This document shows, one piece after another, positions 40,954 to 51,575 of a stretch of 64,000 bases of DNA. The notes beneath the pieces were generated by a model that saw only the letters and a program-made list of their open reading frames with translations, did no database searches and had not been told where the DNA came from. Location: IMG/VR virus record IMGVR_UViG_3300025668_000798, positions 16,364-80,363 of that record; one strand, written 5' to 3'. The position numbers were made by a program, and so were the translations under genes. Position 1 is the stretch's first letter, and the number at the start of each line of letters is the position of its first letter. The DNA is from a virus.

Positions 40954-42453
40954 TTACCGAGGACCTGTAACAGGAGTTCCGTATCTATCTCTTACAACAT
41001 TTTGAGATGTGTTATTTCCTATTGTGCCATTGGATCTTAAATTTCTATCAGCAGCATTGCTAAATCCGTTTGCTGCACTTGTTAAGTTAAGCAAATTTCC
41101 TGTATTTGTGATATTATTTGCTGTTGCTATATTGACTAAATTTCTAGCTGATGTACCCATATCAATTGATAATTGTCCCATTGGCGAATCAAATTGCAAA
41201 CCTGCTAATACAGCATTTCTATCATCAATACTTAAACTGATACTTCCGCCGCTTAACCTAGTTGCAAATGCACCAGCAACTATAGCTTTAACTTCAGGTG
41301 GCGAATTTAAAATTGCATCGCCTATATCACCTACAAATGCACCTACTCCGTTTCCAAACGCAGACAAGGAAGGTCCGATGCCCGGAATGCTATTCAACGA
41401 ATCACCTAATCCGCTTGCAAAATCTCCTACAACGCCAGTTATTGAACTACCTATCTTGTCCATTGCATCGCCTAATCCATTGGCGCCAATTGCTTTAAAT
41501 AAATCTCCCGAAAGGCTTGATAACAATGCTGCTCCGCCAATGCTGCCTAACAGTCCTGCTAACAATCCTCCTAAGCCTGCTGCGCCGCCGCCACCTTTTA
41601 AAAATGTATCAATAGCTATTTCAACTTTACTTTCAGTTGGATTAGTTACTTGAGTTGGATTTTCTTTTTGATATCTATCAATGGCTCCAGTACCGTTGCC
41701 GCCAACTGTGTGCGGGCCTCCGCCACCGAATCCAAAATAACTTCCACCAAGACTTAAATTAAATCCGCCGCTGCCTATACTAAAGTTTAATCCACCTACA
41801 CTACCGCCTATTCCAAATCCACCTGGACCAAAGCCTGCTGTTATACCACCAGCACTAAAACTGCCACTTGTAATACCTTGTGGACCAAATTGGAAGTTTG
41901 CAGGTCCAGCACTAAATCCACCGCTTAATCCGCCTTCAGTTAAACTTAAACTTAGAGGTCCAGCGGTTATGTTACCGCCTGAAATGTTACCTGCGCCGTC
42001 AAAACCTAAACTTAATGGTCCAGCAGTTATACCTTGTATCTTTCCGTCTTGAAATCCAATACCTGCATTACCTACACGAAACCCGCCAAGCTGACCGTCT
42101 TGTATTATTACACCAGCATTTCCGTTATCAAAGCCAAAACTTGTATTATCTTGTGTTACCCTAGCAAACAAACCGCCCGCGTTTATATTAACTCTTACAT
42201 CATTGCCAATAGTGTTAGCAATAGAATTACTAGCTTGCCTGCTAAAACTTTGAGGACTACGATAGTCTGTATTTTGTCCTCCAACATTTATTCCTAGAGA
42301 TTGCAACGCATTACTAACTGGATTTTGAGGTAATCCAATCGGTGTAGTGCTTACAGCACCGTTGTTTACTCCATATACTTGCGGAGTACTTCTTACTGGA
42401 TTTCCCCTGCTATCTCTAACAGGATTTCCGTTTCCATCTGTTACAATACTCAT
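40954..42453 (-). CDS. Glycine-rich hypothetical protein between the spike and gp25
   Basis: 499 aa with (I/F)(T/S)AGP beta-type repeats, Gly/Ala/Leu hydrophobic helices and D..G.PV motifs at both termini. Confidence 0.7.
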   Translation of the reverse strand: MSIVTDGNGNPVRDSRGNPVRSTPQVYGVNNGAVSTTPIGLPQNPVSNALQSLGINVGGQNTDYRSPQSFSRQASNSIANTIGNDVRVNINAGGLFARVTQDNTSFGFDNGNAGVIIQDGQLGGFRVGNAGIGFQDGKIQGITAGPLSLGFDGAGNISGGNITAGPLSLSLTEGGLSGGFSAGPANFQFGPQGITSGSFSAGGITAGFGPGGFGIGGSVGGLNFSIGSGGFNLSLGGSYFGFGGGGPHTVGGNGTGAIDRYQKENPTQVTNPTESKVEIAIDTFLKGGGGAAGLGGLLAGLLGSIGGAALLSSLSGDLFKAIGANGLGDAMDKIGSSITGVVGDFASGLGDSLNSIPGIGPSLSAFGNGVGAFVGDIGDAILNSPPEVKAIVAGAFATRLSGGSISLSIDDRNAVLAGLQFDSPMGQLSIDMGTSARNLVNIATANNITNTGNLLNLTSAANGFSNAADRNLRSNGTIGNNTSQNVVRDRYGTPVTGPR

Positions 42454-42465
42454 GTTGCCCCCTTT

Positions 42466-44361
42466 TTATCGATCACGTTGTGGTATCTCAGGATATTTTA
42501 TGCCCTCGCCGCTATCCCATACATCACTAATTAATGATCTGTCTTTTGCTAGTCTTGATTCGTCTTCAACTGGAATATGAATATCTTGACTATCTGGCTT
42601 TGCTTCTGTTTTATCAGGAGTAACTGCTGCCGGATCCCAATTTTCATGCCCACTCCACGGTTCGTGCTGTGGTACTCTTGCAGGAAATAATGCTGCTAAC
42701 GCAACTTCTTCGATTATTTTCGATTCTTCCGAAACAGTTGCTTCGGTTGCTTCAGTAGCTGCTGTTGCTTTGGCTGCTGTAGGTCCGTTCATGTGAATCG
42801 GGTTAGCAGTTTCGTAATGACCTTTACTGTTTATATTGCTATTACCACTACTGGTTATGTTTGTATTGCCTGTTGTAAGTGTTTCAAAGTTGCCGCCACT
42901 GGTGATTTTTGTAGTTTCTCCTACAAGTATTTCCATATTAGTACCAACTTTTAATTTCATACTACCGCTTCCAGCAATACCTTCAATGCCTTCTAGTGCA
43001 TTTATAAACAAAGATTTATCTGCTGTGATATGTGTGTTTTCAAATGAATGACTAAACAGATTCTTTTCAGTTAAAACGTGCATATCTTGAAGCGCAGTAA
43101 CATATGTTTGCAAATAACTGTTGAATAAGTTTCTTTCTCCTGCTGTAACATAATTGTCTTGTACAGCGTACAGTTCAATATTTTTTGCAGCACTAGTTTT
43201 GTATGTTTCGCCTACACGATTTTCTATATTCTTACCAACAGTATGATATTGATTTTCTACAGCATTAGTGTTTATATTTCTACCTGCTTCTAGATTAATA
43301 TCTCTATCTGCAACAAAATTTATATCCTGTTCACTGTGAACACTAATACTATCTTGTGCATATATGTCAATCTTGCCATTGCTAGTAAGTTCAATCCAAC
43401 TAGTTCCTCTACCGTTACCAATATAAATTAAATCTTCACTATTATGCAGCAAAATTTGATGACCTGTACGTGTTCTAAAACGTATCATTTCGTTATGAGG
43501 AATTGCTTTGTCACCACCAGATGATGTTTCTTGATCTATATACTCATAAGGAGTATCTTGAGCAGATCCTTTACGCAGTCTTTTATCATCACCGTCATCA
43601 ATAACAAAACTTTGTCCACCTAATCTACTTTTTGGTACAATAGCTTTGTTATTCTTAGTTCCTCGTTGTGCTCTTGGTCCTGCTTTATCACTTGGTCCAG
43701 GACTACTGATACCATATACACTACTAGGTATTTCTCTTCTTGCACTAGTGCTTGTTATTCCTCTAATGTCGTCTTCGGCTAATCCACTTTCTTTTAATTT
43801 TTCAATAAATTTTAAATTTAATGCTTTTTTATTTTTTGTAGGATCTTTTTGCTTGTCGCCATCAGTCCTTTTATTATATTCTGCGGTTGGTAATTTTTTA
43901 CCTTTAACACCTTCGGGCGGTTTTCCTTTATAAAATTCAGTAGCTGGTTGACCACCAGGTACCATAAAATTCATAAATCTGTCTTGAACACATGCAAACC
44001 AATATCCTCTATTAATATCACCATCTACAAATCCGCATAACACTCTTGTTCCTACATCCGGCGGCACTGCCCAAAATCCATAGCTTTGCTGTGTATCAGA
44101 ATATGCATCACCAGGCGTTAAATGTTCTGCAGGAGTAGTGCCATAAAACACTGGTGCATAATCTACATCAACAGTTTCGCCTTCATCCTCTAATTCGTTT
44201 CCTGATGTATCAAAATTAATTAATGTTACTTTTAGTGCGCCCATGTAATGAGGATCCATATGACTAACAATACGTCCTATTTTAAAGCCATATTTTTTTG
44301 CAGCTTCTGAATCCTCCTGAGTTCTAGTCACTTGATTATTTTTTGTATTATCTTGTGTCAT
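42466..44361 (-). CDS. gp5: Baseplate central spike, gp5/VgrG-like, with no visible lysozyme domain
   Basis: N-terminal OB fold (DPHYMGALKV...SYGFWAVPPDVGTRVLCGF..GD...GYW), IRFRTRTGHQI and beta-helix repeats (GKIDIYAQDSISVHSEQDINFVADRDINLEAG). Confidence 0.8.
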   Translation of the reverse strand: MTQDNTKNNQVTRTQEDSEAAKKYGFKIGRIVSHMDPHYMGALKVTLINFDTSGNELEDEGETVDVDYAPVFYGTTPAEHLTPGDAYSDTQQSYGFWAVPPDVGTRVLCGFVDGDINRGYWFACVQDRFMNFMVPGGQPATEFYKGKPPEGVKGKKLPTAEYNKRTDGDKQKDPTKNKKALNLKFIEKLKESGLAEDDIRGITSTSARREIPSSVYGISSPGPSDKAGPRAQRGTKNNKAIVPKSRLGGQSFVIDDGDDKRLRKGSAQDTPYEYIDQETSSGGDKAIPHNEMIRFRTRTGHQILLHNSEDLIYIGNGRGTSWIELTSNGKIDIYAQDSISVHSEQDINFVADRDINLEAGRNINTNAVENQYHTVGKNIENRVGETYKTSAAKNIELYAVQDNYVTAGERNLFNSYLQTYVTALQDMHVLTEKNLFSHSFENTHITADKSLFINALEGIEGIAGSGSMKLKVGTNMEILVGETTKITSGGNFETLTTGNTNITSSGNSNINSKGHYETANPIHMNGPTAAKATAATEATEATVSEESKIIEEVALAALFPARVPQHEPWSGHENWDPAAVTPDKTEAKPDSQDIHIPVEDESRLAKDRSLISDVWDSGEGIKYPEIPQRDR

Positions 44362-44370
44362 TACGTTTCC

Positions 44371-46485
44371 TTAAAACGGGCTGTACGGCCCAGACTGACC
44401 TGATTGTAGTATTGGTTGAGAATCTTCACTCGGTACTTCGTCTTGATTTCGAAGCCTTAATAAATTTAATCTCTGTGTAAATTTACCGCTATTAATTGTA
44501 TTTGTAATAGTCAATACTCTATATAATCCACTAAATGCGTTTACTGCTATACTTTGATCTTCTGGAAAATACATTGTATTATTTTCATTATAATCTATAG
44601 GTGTTCTAAAATTAACAATTACACTAGTTTCACTTCTTTGATAATCTAAGCTACCATCGCTATTGAGAAACAGAGCTGCTTCAGTACTATTATAATTTCC
44701 CATGCCGCTATCTGCCATAAAATACGGATCACCAAATATATCTATATCTAACTCTAATAAATCTACATCACTATTAATAATTAAATTATGAAATTGCTGT
44801 GCAGCAGAAATTTTACTGTTACTAATGCCATTGCCGCCGGCAGAACTAGTATTAGAAGTTAACACATTTCCAGTTTTTGCTAAACCTCCTGGATTTTGTG
44901 CATTGGAACTGCCTCCTATTTGCACATATTCAACTGCGCCTTGCCTTGTATTATCCTGTGTATTGCCAGTTGCATGATCTCCAGTAATATTGCCAAGATC
45001 TGTTTTTAAACCAACAAAAAACGCTGCATTAAGTCTTATATCAAAATTTATAATATCGCTATTAGCACCAGTGTAGATGTAATTGTATTCTTTTGCTACA
45101 GCATTAGCCATAGGACTGTATCCAGGGCCTCCTGTAGTAGGCATTTGTATGGTACTCATATGAACTTTATAAGGAACTACTTCATATATGTAAGTTCTTG
45201 CTAATCTTCCGCTGTGTCTTTGCTGAGTTTTATTTGAATCTAGTAATACTTTACTTTGTACTCTAAACCAATCTACATAACCATTAGAGTCAGGAGAAAC
45301 TTCAGTTAAACCTTGCCCCCATTTACTGCTTAATATAACATCTTCTATAATTTTTGTAACTTTTGTATTTTGTCCATAGTTGTAAACACGTAATTCGTCA
45401 TTAAGTGTAATATTACTCCTATCAAATACATCATTTTTATATTTTGATCCTTCGGTAGGCATCGGACTTTTACCTGCTTCTGAAAATCCATCGATAATTT
45501 TAGCTGCACCAAAGTCATTGAGTCCTATTGACTCTGCTACACCAAACTGCGTACCTTGTGTTGCAACAAAGTTATCAACATAATTTTTTATACTAGGATC
45601 GATTGTATTTTGCCCTACTCCGCTATCCAGTATACCTGTTTGAAAACCTGATATTACTGCGCCAGGCACTCCTGGGTTGTCTACATCAATAAATTGCGCT
45701 GCTCCTATTTGAGTAGCTTGTAATGTTCCTAAATTATTAGTAGACGAAACACTTGTTGGAAATATAATTGCAATACTATCAGCTTCTACTTCTTTACCTT
45801 CAGCAGTTTGACGTTGTAAGTTTGCATTTAGTACTGTAGATAAACTAAAAGGCCCATCTTGTAAGACTTCTGCTACTGTTCTTCCGGTAATTTGTATATC
45901 GCTATTTGTTCTTTCAATTTGATCAAAAAATGCAGTTTCGTTCCAAGGAATAGCTTCTATATTATATGTACTACCGCTTGAGTTTACATTAAATTGCAAA
46001 TCTGTTAGTTGGATAGGATAGTGTCTTGTTAGGTTGTCAGTAACTACCACAGGATTTCCGTTGTCATCATATCCTATAAATTCAATTGTTAACAAATAAG
46101 GAGTATCTAAATAATTTACGTATTCATTTCCATAGGCTTCTTTAGCTGCAATTGCCAAAGTTTGTAAGAAAAGTCCCATACTATATGGTTCTACTACTTC
46201 AAAATTTACTGAAGTAGCGTTTGAACTTCTTGTTGTACTATTATTAGTAACTAAACTTTCAATGTTTACATTATCAATAAAATATTCTAATTTGATACCT
46301 AATCTATCTTCATAATAGGTTGTTGTTTTGTTTGTGGCTCCGCCGCCTGAACGTAATAATACATTGCTAGGCTCTCTTATTTTATAAGTCGAGTTAGGTG
46401 AATTTACTTCGTTTGCAGTTAAAACTGATAACGTAAAAATTGTGTTAAATGTACTAAATGCATGAAGCGGATTAATTAAAGCCAT
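44371..46485 (-). CDS. Baseplate hub protein, gp27/gpD-like
   Basis: Lies between gp53 and gp5. C-terminal LDIDIFGDP...FSGLYRVLTITNTINSGKFTQRLNLLR is typical of hub proteins. Confidence 0.7.
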   Translation of the reverse strand: MALINPLHAFSTFNTIFTLSVLTANEVNSPNSTYKIREPSNVLLRSGGGATNKTTTYYEDRLGIKLEYFIDNVNIESLVTNNSTTRSSNATSVNFEVVEPYSMGLFLQTLAIAAKEAYGNEYVNYLDTPYLLTIEFIGYDDNGNPVVVTDNLTRHYPIQLTDLQFNVNSSGSTYNIEAIPWNETAFFDQIERTNSDIQITGRTVAEVLQDGPFSLSTVLNANLQRQTAEGKEVEADSIAIIFPTSVSSTNNLGTLQATQIGAAQFIDVDNPGVPGAVISGFQTGILDSGVGQNTIDPSIKNYVDNFVATQGTQFGVAESIGLNDFGAAKIIDGFSEAGKSPMPTEGSKYKNDVFDRSNITLNDELRVYNYGQNTKVTKIIEDVILSSKWGQGLTEVSPDSNGYVDWFRVQSKVLLDSNKTQQRHSGRLARTYIYEVVPYKVHMSTIQMPTTGGPGYSPMANAVAKEYNYIYTGANSDIINFDIRLNAAFFVGLKTDLGNITGDHATGNTQDNTRQGAVEYVQIGGSSNAQNPGGLAKTGNVLTSNTSSAGGNGISNSKISAAQQFHNLIINSDVDLLELDIDIFGDPYFMADSGMGNYNSTEAALFLNSDGSLDYQRSETSVIVNFRTPIDYNENNTMYFPEDQSIAVNAFSGLYRVLTITNTINSGKFTQRLNLLRLRNQDEVPSEDSQPILQSGQSGPYSPF

Positions 46486-46787
46486 TAGATTCCTAATACC
46501 CTTTTAATGTTTGAACTCTTAGGAAGATAGATTTGTGTGCCTGCTTTAAAATCGTTAACTGGATCTTCAATTGTATCCATATTACGTTGAGTAAATACCC
46601 ACCATAACTTACTCGTTCCGTAAATATCGTAAGCTAACAAATCTGGTCTGTTTTCATATTGTGCTTCAATTGTGTAAACAATATCATCATCTTGTGCAGG
46701 AACCGGTCTTATAGAAAAATATCCTAAAGACCCGTCTTGTGCATATGGAGTTGTTTTATAAGGACTGGAACTACTATAATCTGGCAT
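46485..46787 (-). CDS. gp53: Baseplate wedge gp53-like LysM-fold protein
   Basis: YENRPDLLAYDIYGTSKLWWVF..RN...DP..DFKAGTQIYLP. Confidence 0.85.
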   Translation of the reverse strand: MPDYSSSSPYKTTPYAQDGSLGYFSIRPVPAQDDDIVYTIEAQYENRPDLLAYDIYGTSKLWWVFTQRNMDTIEDPVNDFKAGTQIYLPKSSNIKRVLGI

Positions 46788-47596
46788 TATAAATATCCTT
46801 GTTCAATTAAATTACCATTAACAAAATCGTCTAAACTAAAGTTGTTAACTTTATTTCTGCTGTATGCTACTTTAAATACACATGTAATAGTGCTAAGTGT
46901 AGGCACCATACCGTTATTACTTAAACCAAAACCATCAATGTCTGCTCCTGTAGCAAATTCAGATCTAATGTAATCAACATCTGCAGGCAAGTCAACTGTA
47001 AAAGAAGTTAATAATACAGGAATGTTTTTCATTACATAATCACCATACCCGTTTAATCTCATAAGAGGAGGAGGTGATCCTTTATTACTAGTTTGACCAT
47101 ACGCCATTTTGCTTACACTTCGTAAAAAGTGTACTGCTGCAATCCAATACTTGCCATCTTCAGAATTTTGCACAGGAAATTGTCCTGCAATTTGAATATC
47201 TTCAACTCTACTGTTCTCATACTGAGGAAAAGCATAATTATTATGAGTAGGACCAAACTCAGAATAGTTTGCACTATGGCTAAGTAACACTGTAGGAACG
47301 GTAGGCCATACCAAGGAGTTATTTGTATTTTTTAATGGAGCTAAAACAGGGCTACTACTAAATGCACCAGTAGTGGGGACACTTACACGCACTCTCCAAT
47401 CATCGGTATAATCATTTGTGTAGCTAAAACTTGCTTGTGCAGCATTAGCTTGCGCAGGTTCAGCACCTGGCAATATGTTTCTACTCCTAAATCCAGACAT
47501 TAGGTCATTTACATTACCTAAAAAGTCTGCTATAGGTGTGTTGTTGTTAGGTTGGTTGCCAGCAAAGGTTGACGGCGAACTTACTCTATTACTCAT
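46787..47596 (-). CDS. Baseplate tail-tube initiator/cap-like protein (gp48/gp54/gpU class)
   Basis: LVWPTVPTV...ANY...HNNY, FLRSVSKM.YG..G.PPP..RLNGYG.YVMKNIPVLLTSFTVDLP.DVDY. Lies before gp53. Confidence 0.65.
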   Translation of the reverse strand: MSNRVSSPSTFAGNQPNNNTPIADFLGNVNDLMSGFRSRNILPGAEPAQANAAQASFSYTNDYTDDWRVRVSVPTTGAFSSSPVLAPLKNTNNSLVWPTVPTVLLSHSANYSEFGPTHNNYAFPQYENSRVEDIQIAGQFPVQNSEDGKYWIAAVHFLRSVSKMAYGQTSNKGSPPPLMRLNGYGDYVMKNIPVLLTSFTVDLPADVDYIRSEFATGADIDGFGLSNNGMVPTLSTITCVFKVAYSRNKVNNFSLDDFVNGNLIEQGYL

Positions 47597-47620
47597 GGTA
47601 GTCTCCTATATAGTATTTAG

Positions 47621-47649
47621 TTGACAAAATTAAGTGCGTGTATTATAAT
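47621..47649 (+). promoter_or_regulatory. Perfect consensus sigma70 promoter for the late-sigma gene
   Basis: TTGACA (47621-47626), a 17-nt spacer and TATAAT (47644-47649). Confidence 0.9.
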
Positions 47650-47671
47650 GTAATTAAATTAAGGAAATTAA

Positions 47672-48496
47672 ATGGCAAAAAGAGTAAACTACTTAAACAA
47701 CAAAGACATGTTAGCTGAAATACATCGTTCAAAAGCAACATTTTGCAGTTATGTATCGCCCGAATATGCAACATACGATATCATACTGCCTAGCCTTGAC
47801 AAGGTGAACATACGAACGGTAGCAGAAGCAAAAAGAAACAAAGCAAAAATACAAAGTCAACGTGCTTATGAACAGCAAAAAGCTATTAATAAAAAAACTA
47901 AAATGGCAGAATGCGAAGTTGACTACAGAACAATTAAAAAACAAGATTTAGTATTTAGAATCATGATGTTTGATCACATCCCCGAAGAACCTGGACGTAA
48001 AAAGAATCCAAAAACCGTTGCAGATACCAAAACTAAACTAAATTTTCCTCCTTTTCAGCATTACAAATATGATGAAAACGACGAGTTAGTATGTATTGGT
48101 AAAAGTCATTGGGTAGGTGGAATGGAAAACGGACATTTTGATAAGACACATGGGCAAGCAACCAATAAACTTGCAATGATGTGGTTAAAATTAGTTGATC
48201 GTTATGCTACAAGAGGCAATGTACGTGGATATACCTACAACGACGAGATGAAAGGACAAGCAATCCTGCAATTATCACAAATAGGCTTACAATTTGACGA
48301 ATCAAAGTCAAACAACCCCTTTGCATACTACACTGCGGCAGTAACTAACAGTTTTGTACGTGTTATCAACCTAGAAAAACGCAATCAAAACATTAGAGAC
48401 GACATTCTTGAAATGAACGACATGAATCCATCGCATACAAGACTACATAGCGGCGAATGGGAAGCAGCATTAAAGCGTGAAAAGAAATCAGGTTGA
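47672..48496 (+). CDS. gp55: Late transcription sigma factor gp55-like
   Basis: NYLNNKD.L.EI and YTYNDEM....I......LQFDESKSNNPFAYYT....NSFVRVI..EKR. Confidence 0.88.
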   Translation: MAKRVNYLNNKDMLAEIHRSKATFCSYVSPEYATYDIILPSLDKVNIRTVAEAKRNKAKIQSQRAYEQQKAINKKTKMAECEVDYRTIKKQDLVFRIMMFDHIPEEPGRKKNPKTVADTKTKLNFPPFQHYKYDENDELVCIGKSHWVGGMENGHFDKTHGQATNKLAMMWLKLVDRYATRGNVRGYTYNDEMKGQAILQLSQIGLQFDESKSNNPFAYYTAAVTNSFVRVINLEKRNQNIRDDILEMNDMNPSHTRLHSGEWEAALKREKKSG

Positions 48497-48521
48497 CCTA
48501 TAGAGTATTTTGTTATACAAT
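48493..48521 (+). promoter_or_regulatory. Sigma70-like promoter (TTGACC-17-TACAAT)
   Basis: TTGACC at 48493-48498 and TACAAT at 48516-48521, upstream of gp47. Confidence 0.65.
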
Positions 48522-48546
48522 AGCTTGAAACAACCGGAGAAATTAT

Positions 48547-49560
48547 TTGTTTAAGAAAGCGGCAGTGTTTACTGACATACACTTAGGTATGAAAGGCAAC
48601 TCTCGAGTCCATAACCAAGACTGCGAAGACTACATAGATTGGTATATTGAACAAGCCAAGGCACATAATTGCGAAACTGGCTTGTTCTGTGGCGACTGGC
48701 ACCATAATAGGAACAGTCTTAACCTTACAACTATGGATACAACCATTAGGCTGCTAGAAAAACTAGGTGCTGCCTTTGAAAACTTCTATATGTTTGCTGG
48801 TAACCACGACTTGTATTACAAAGACAAACGTGATGTCAGCTCTACGGAGTTTGCAAGACACATTCCGGGTATAACTGTCATAGAAGATATGCAAGTTATC
48901 GAAGATGTAGCATTGGTTCCGTGGCTTGTAGGCGACGAATGGAAGAAGATTGAGAAGTTAAAGGCAAAATACTTGTTTGGTCACTTCGAACTTCCATCGT
49001 TTTACATGAATGCTATGGTACAAATGCCAGACCATGGTGAATTAAGAAGCGAACACTTCAAGAATCAAGAGTATGTGTTCTCAGGCCACTTCCACAAGCG
49101 TCAGAAGCAGGGTAAGATCCACTATATTGGTAATGCTTTCCCGCATAACTATGCAGATGCTTGGGACGATGAACGTGGTATGATGATATTAGACCGTGAG
49201 AACAATGTAGAACCGTTGTACATCGACTGGTCAGAGTGTCCTAAGTACCGTACAGTTAAGTTATCCAAGCTAATTGACGAAAAAGATACGTTTATTAAAA
49301 GTAAAATGTACTTGCGTGTTAACCTAGACATTGATATTAGCTACGAGGAAGCTAGTTTCATTAAAGAAACGTTTATGGAACAGTATAATTGTAGAGAAAT
49401 CACTCTTATACCTCAAAAACACCTAGAAGAAATTACTACAGACTTAGACATTGAGCAATTTGAAAGCGTTGACCAGATTGTTAGCAACGAAATACTAGCA
49501 ATCGATAGTGATAACTTCAATAAGTCGGTGCTATTGGAAATATATAACGGATTAGAATAA
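48547..49560 (+). CDS. gp47: Recombination endonuclease subunit gp47 (Mre11/SbcD-like)
   Basis: Metallophosphoesterase motifs TDIHLG, CGDWHH, GNHD, GHFE and SGHFH. TTG start after GGAG. Confidence 0.93.
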   Translation: MFKKAAVFTDIHLGMKGNSRVHNQDCEDYIDWYIEQAKAHNCETGLFCGDWHHNRNSLNLTTMDTTIRLLEKLGAAFENFYMFAGNHDLYYKDKRDVSSTEFARHIPGITVIEDMQVIEDVALVPWLVGDEWKKIEKLKAKYLFGHFELPSFYMNAMVQMPDHGELRSEHFKNQEYVFSGHFHKRQKQGKIHYIGNAFPHNYADAWDDERGMMILDRENNVEPLYIDWSECPKYRTVKLSKLIDEKDTFIKSKMYLRVNLDIDISYEEASFIKETFMEQYNCREITLIPQKHLEEITTDLDIEQFESVDQIVSNEILAIDSDNFNKSVLLEIYNGLE

Positions 49561-49564
49561 CATT

Positions 49565-51340
49565 ATGATAAAGATCAAAGATCTCACAGTAAAGAACTTC
49601 ATGAGTGTGGGCAATGTTACCCAAGCAGTTGACTTTAACGAAGAACAACTAACACTAGTGCTAGGTGAGAACCTAGATCAGGGTGGCGACGACACTGGAT
49701 CACGCAACGGTACTGGTAAGACAACCATTATCAATGGATTAAGCTATGCATTATACGGCACAGCGTTAACAAATATCAAACGCAACAACCTTATTAATAA
49801 AACCAATAGCAAAGGCATGTTGGTTACTCTTAATTTTGAAAAAGGTGCTAACAAATATCGCATCGAGCGTGGCAGATCACCAAATATATTTAAGTTTTAT
49901 ATAAACGACCACGAACAAAAAGAAGAAGTTGACGAATCTCAAGGCGATAGTCGTAAAACACAAGAAAGTTTACAAGAACTACTCGGTATGAGTCACGATA
50001 TGTTCAAACATATCCTTGCTTTAAACACATATACCGAACCTTTCCTTAGTATGAGAGCAAACGACCAACGTGGCATCATTGAACAGCTACTTGGTATTAC
50101 TATCCTTACTGAAAAAGCAGGTTTACTTAAAGAAAAAGTAAAACAAACCAAGGATGCTATTACAGAAGAAACAATAAAAATTAATGCTATCGAAAGTGCA
50201 AACAAAAAAATTGAACAAAGTATTGAAACACTTGCTGGAAGACAACGTGCATGGCAATCAAAGAGTAAAACTGATGCTGCAAAGTTAGATGCAGCTATTA
50301 TTGAGTTAGAAAAACTTGACATTGACACAGAACTTGATGCACATGAAAAACTAACTAACTGGACTGAGTTGAATAATCGTATTACAAGCCTTAACAAAGA
50401 AAAAGCAACACTTGAAAGCGCACTAATGAGAGCAACCAAGAGTGTCGATAAGGCAGAAAAAGACATCACAGATTTAGATGATGCAACATGTTATACTTGT
50501 GGACAAGCTCTACACGAAGATAAAAAAGCAGAAATTGAATCAAGAAAGCAAAAAGAATTAAGTGATGCTGTTACATATCAGTCTGAAGTTGCAAATAAAT
50601 TAGAATCTACAATGGCACTTCTAAACGATATTGGAGACATTAACGGACGTCCTAATACATTTTATGAGAATGCAAAGGAAGCATATGAGCATAGAAACAA
50701 TGTAGATAATCTACGTGCAGCATTGATAAGTAAACAGCAAGAAGAAGATCCGTATCAAGCACAAATTGACGATATGACTAACACAGCGTTACAAGAAATA
50801 GATTGGCAACCTGTAAATGAGTTAACTAGTTTAAAAGATCATCAAGAGTTTCTTCTTAAACTATTAACAAACAAAGATAGTTTTATACGCAAAAAGATTA
50901 TAGATCAAAACTTAGCGTATCTAAACAATAGGCTCACACATTATCTAGATAGATTAGGCTTACCACATCAAGTTAAATTCCAAAACGATCTAACTGTTGA
51001 AATTACTCAATTAGGTCAAGACTTAGACTTTGATAACTTGAGCAGAGGCGAACGTAATAGGTTAATATTAGGAATGAGTTTTGCATTTAGAGACGTTTGG
51101 GAGTCATTGTACCAAGGTATCAATTTAATGTTTATTGACGAACTTATTGACAGTGGAATGGACACTGCTGGTGTTGAAAGTGCGTTACATGTTTTAAAGA
51201 AAATGGGTCGTGAACGCAACAAAAATGTTTTTCTTATTTCACACAAAGACGAGTTAGTAGGAAGAGTGAATCATGTACTAAAAGTAATCAAAGAGAACGG
51301 ATTTACATCATACGAAAACGATGTTGAAATTATAGAATGA
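49565..51340 (+). CDS. gp46: Recombination ATPase gp46 (Rad50/SbcC-like)
   Basis: KNFMSVG, Walker A NGTGKT, coiled coil with a CYTC zinc hook, signature LSRGE, Walker B FIDE and ISH. Confidence 0.95.
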   Translation: MIKIKDLTVKNFMSVGNVTQAVDFNEEQLTLVLGENLDQGGDDTGSRNGTGKTTIINGLSYALYGTALTNIKRNNLINKTNSKGMLVTLNFEKGANKYRIERGRSPNIFKFYINDHEQKEEVDESQGDSRKTQESLQELLGMSHDMFKHILALNTYTEPFLSMRANDQRGIIEQLLGITILTEKAGLLKEKVKQTKDAITEETIKINAIESANKKIEQSIETLAGRQRAWQSKSKTDAAKLDAAIIELEKLDIDTELDAHEKLTNWTELNNRITSLNKEKATLESALMRATKSVDKAEKDITDLDDATCYTCGQALHEDKKAEIESRKQKELSDAVTYQSEVANKLESTMALLNDIGDINGRPNTFYENAKEAYEHRNNVDNLRAALISKQQEEDPYQAQIDDMTNTALQEIDWQPVNELTSLKDHQEFLLKLLTNKDSFIRKKIIDQNLAYLNNRLTHYLDRLGLPHQVKFQNDLTVEITQLGQDLDFDNLSRGERNRLILGMSFAFRDVWESLYQGINLMFIDELIDSGMDTAGVESALHVLKKMGRERNKNVFLISHKDELVGRVNHVLKVIKENGFTSYENDVEIIE

Positions 51341-51558
51341 CAGATACACAAGACAAATTAGCACAAACATATCTAAAATATTTTGAGGCAAACGAAAAAT
51401 TTGAACGCAGGCCAAGCGAACGTACCAAGCGTTCTGCAAGAAGAGAACTTAGGCATTTAATAAACTTAGCAAAGCAAAGGCAAGAAGAAATAAAAAATAC
51501 TTACAACGAAGTGTTAGAAGACATTAGGCAAAATCAGAAATGGCAAAAGAAAAAATAA
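51337..51558 (+). CDS. Small basic helical protein, possibly Hc1/histone H1-like DNA-binding
   Basis: YFEANEKFERRPSERTKRSARRELRHLINLAKQR resembles the KF..GNK.A..RARK.L pattern. Confidence 0.5.
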   Translation: MTDTQDKLAQTYLKYFEANEKFERRPSERTKRSARRELRHLINLAKQRQEEIKNTYNEVLEDIRQNQKWQKKK

Positions 51559-51575
51559 TCAATGGTACATAATGT

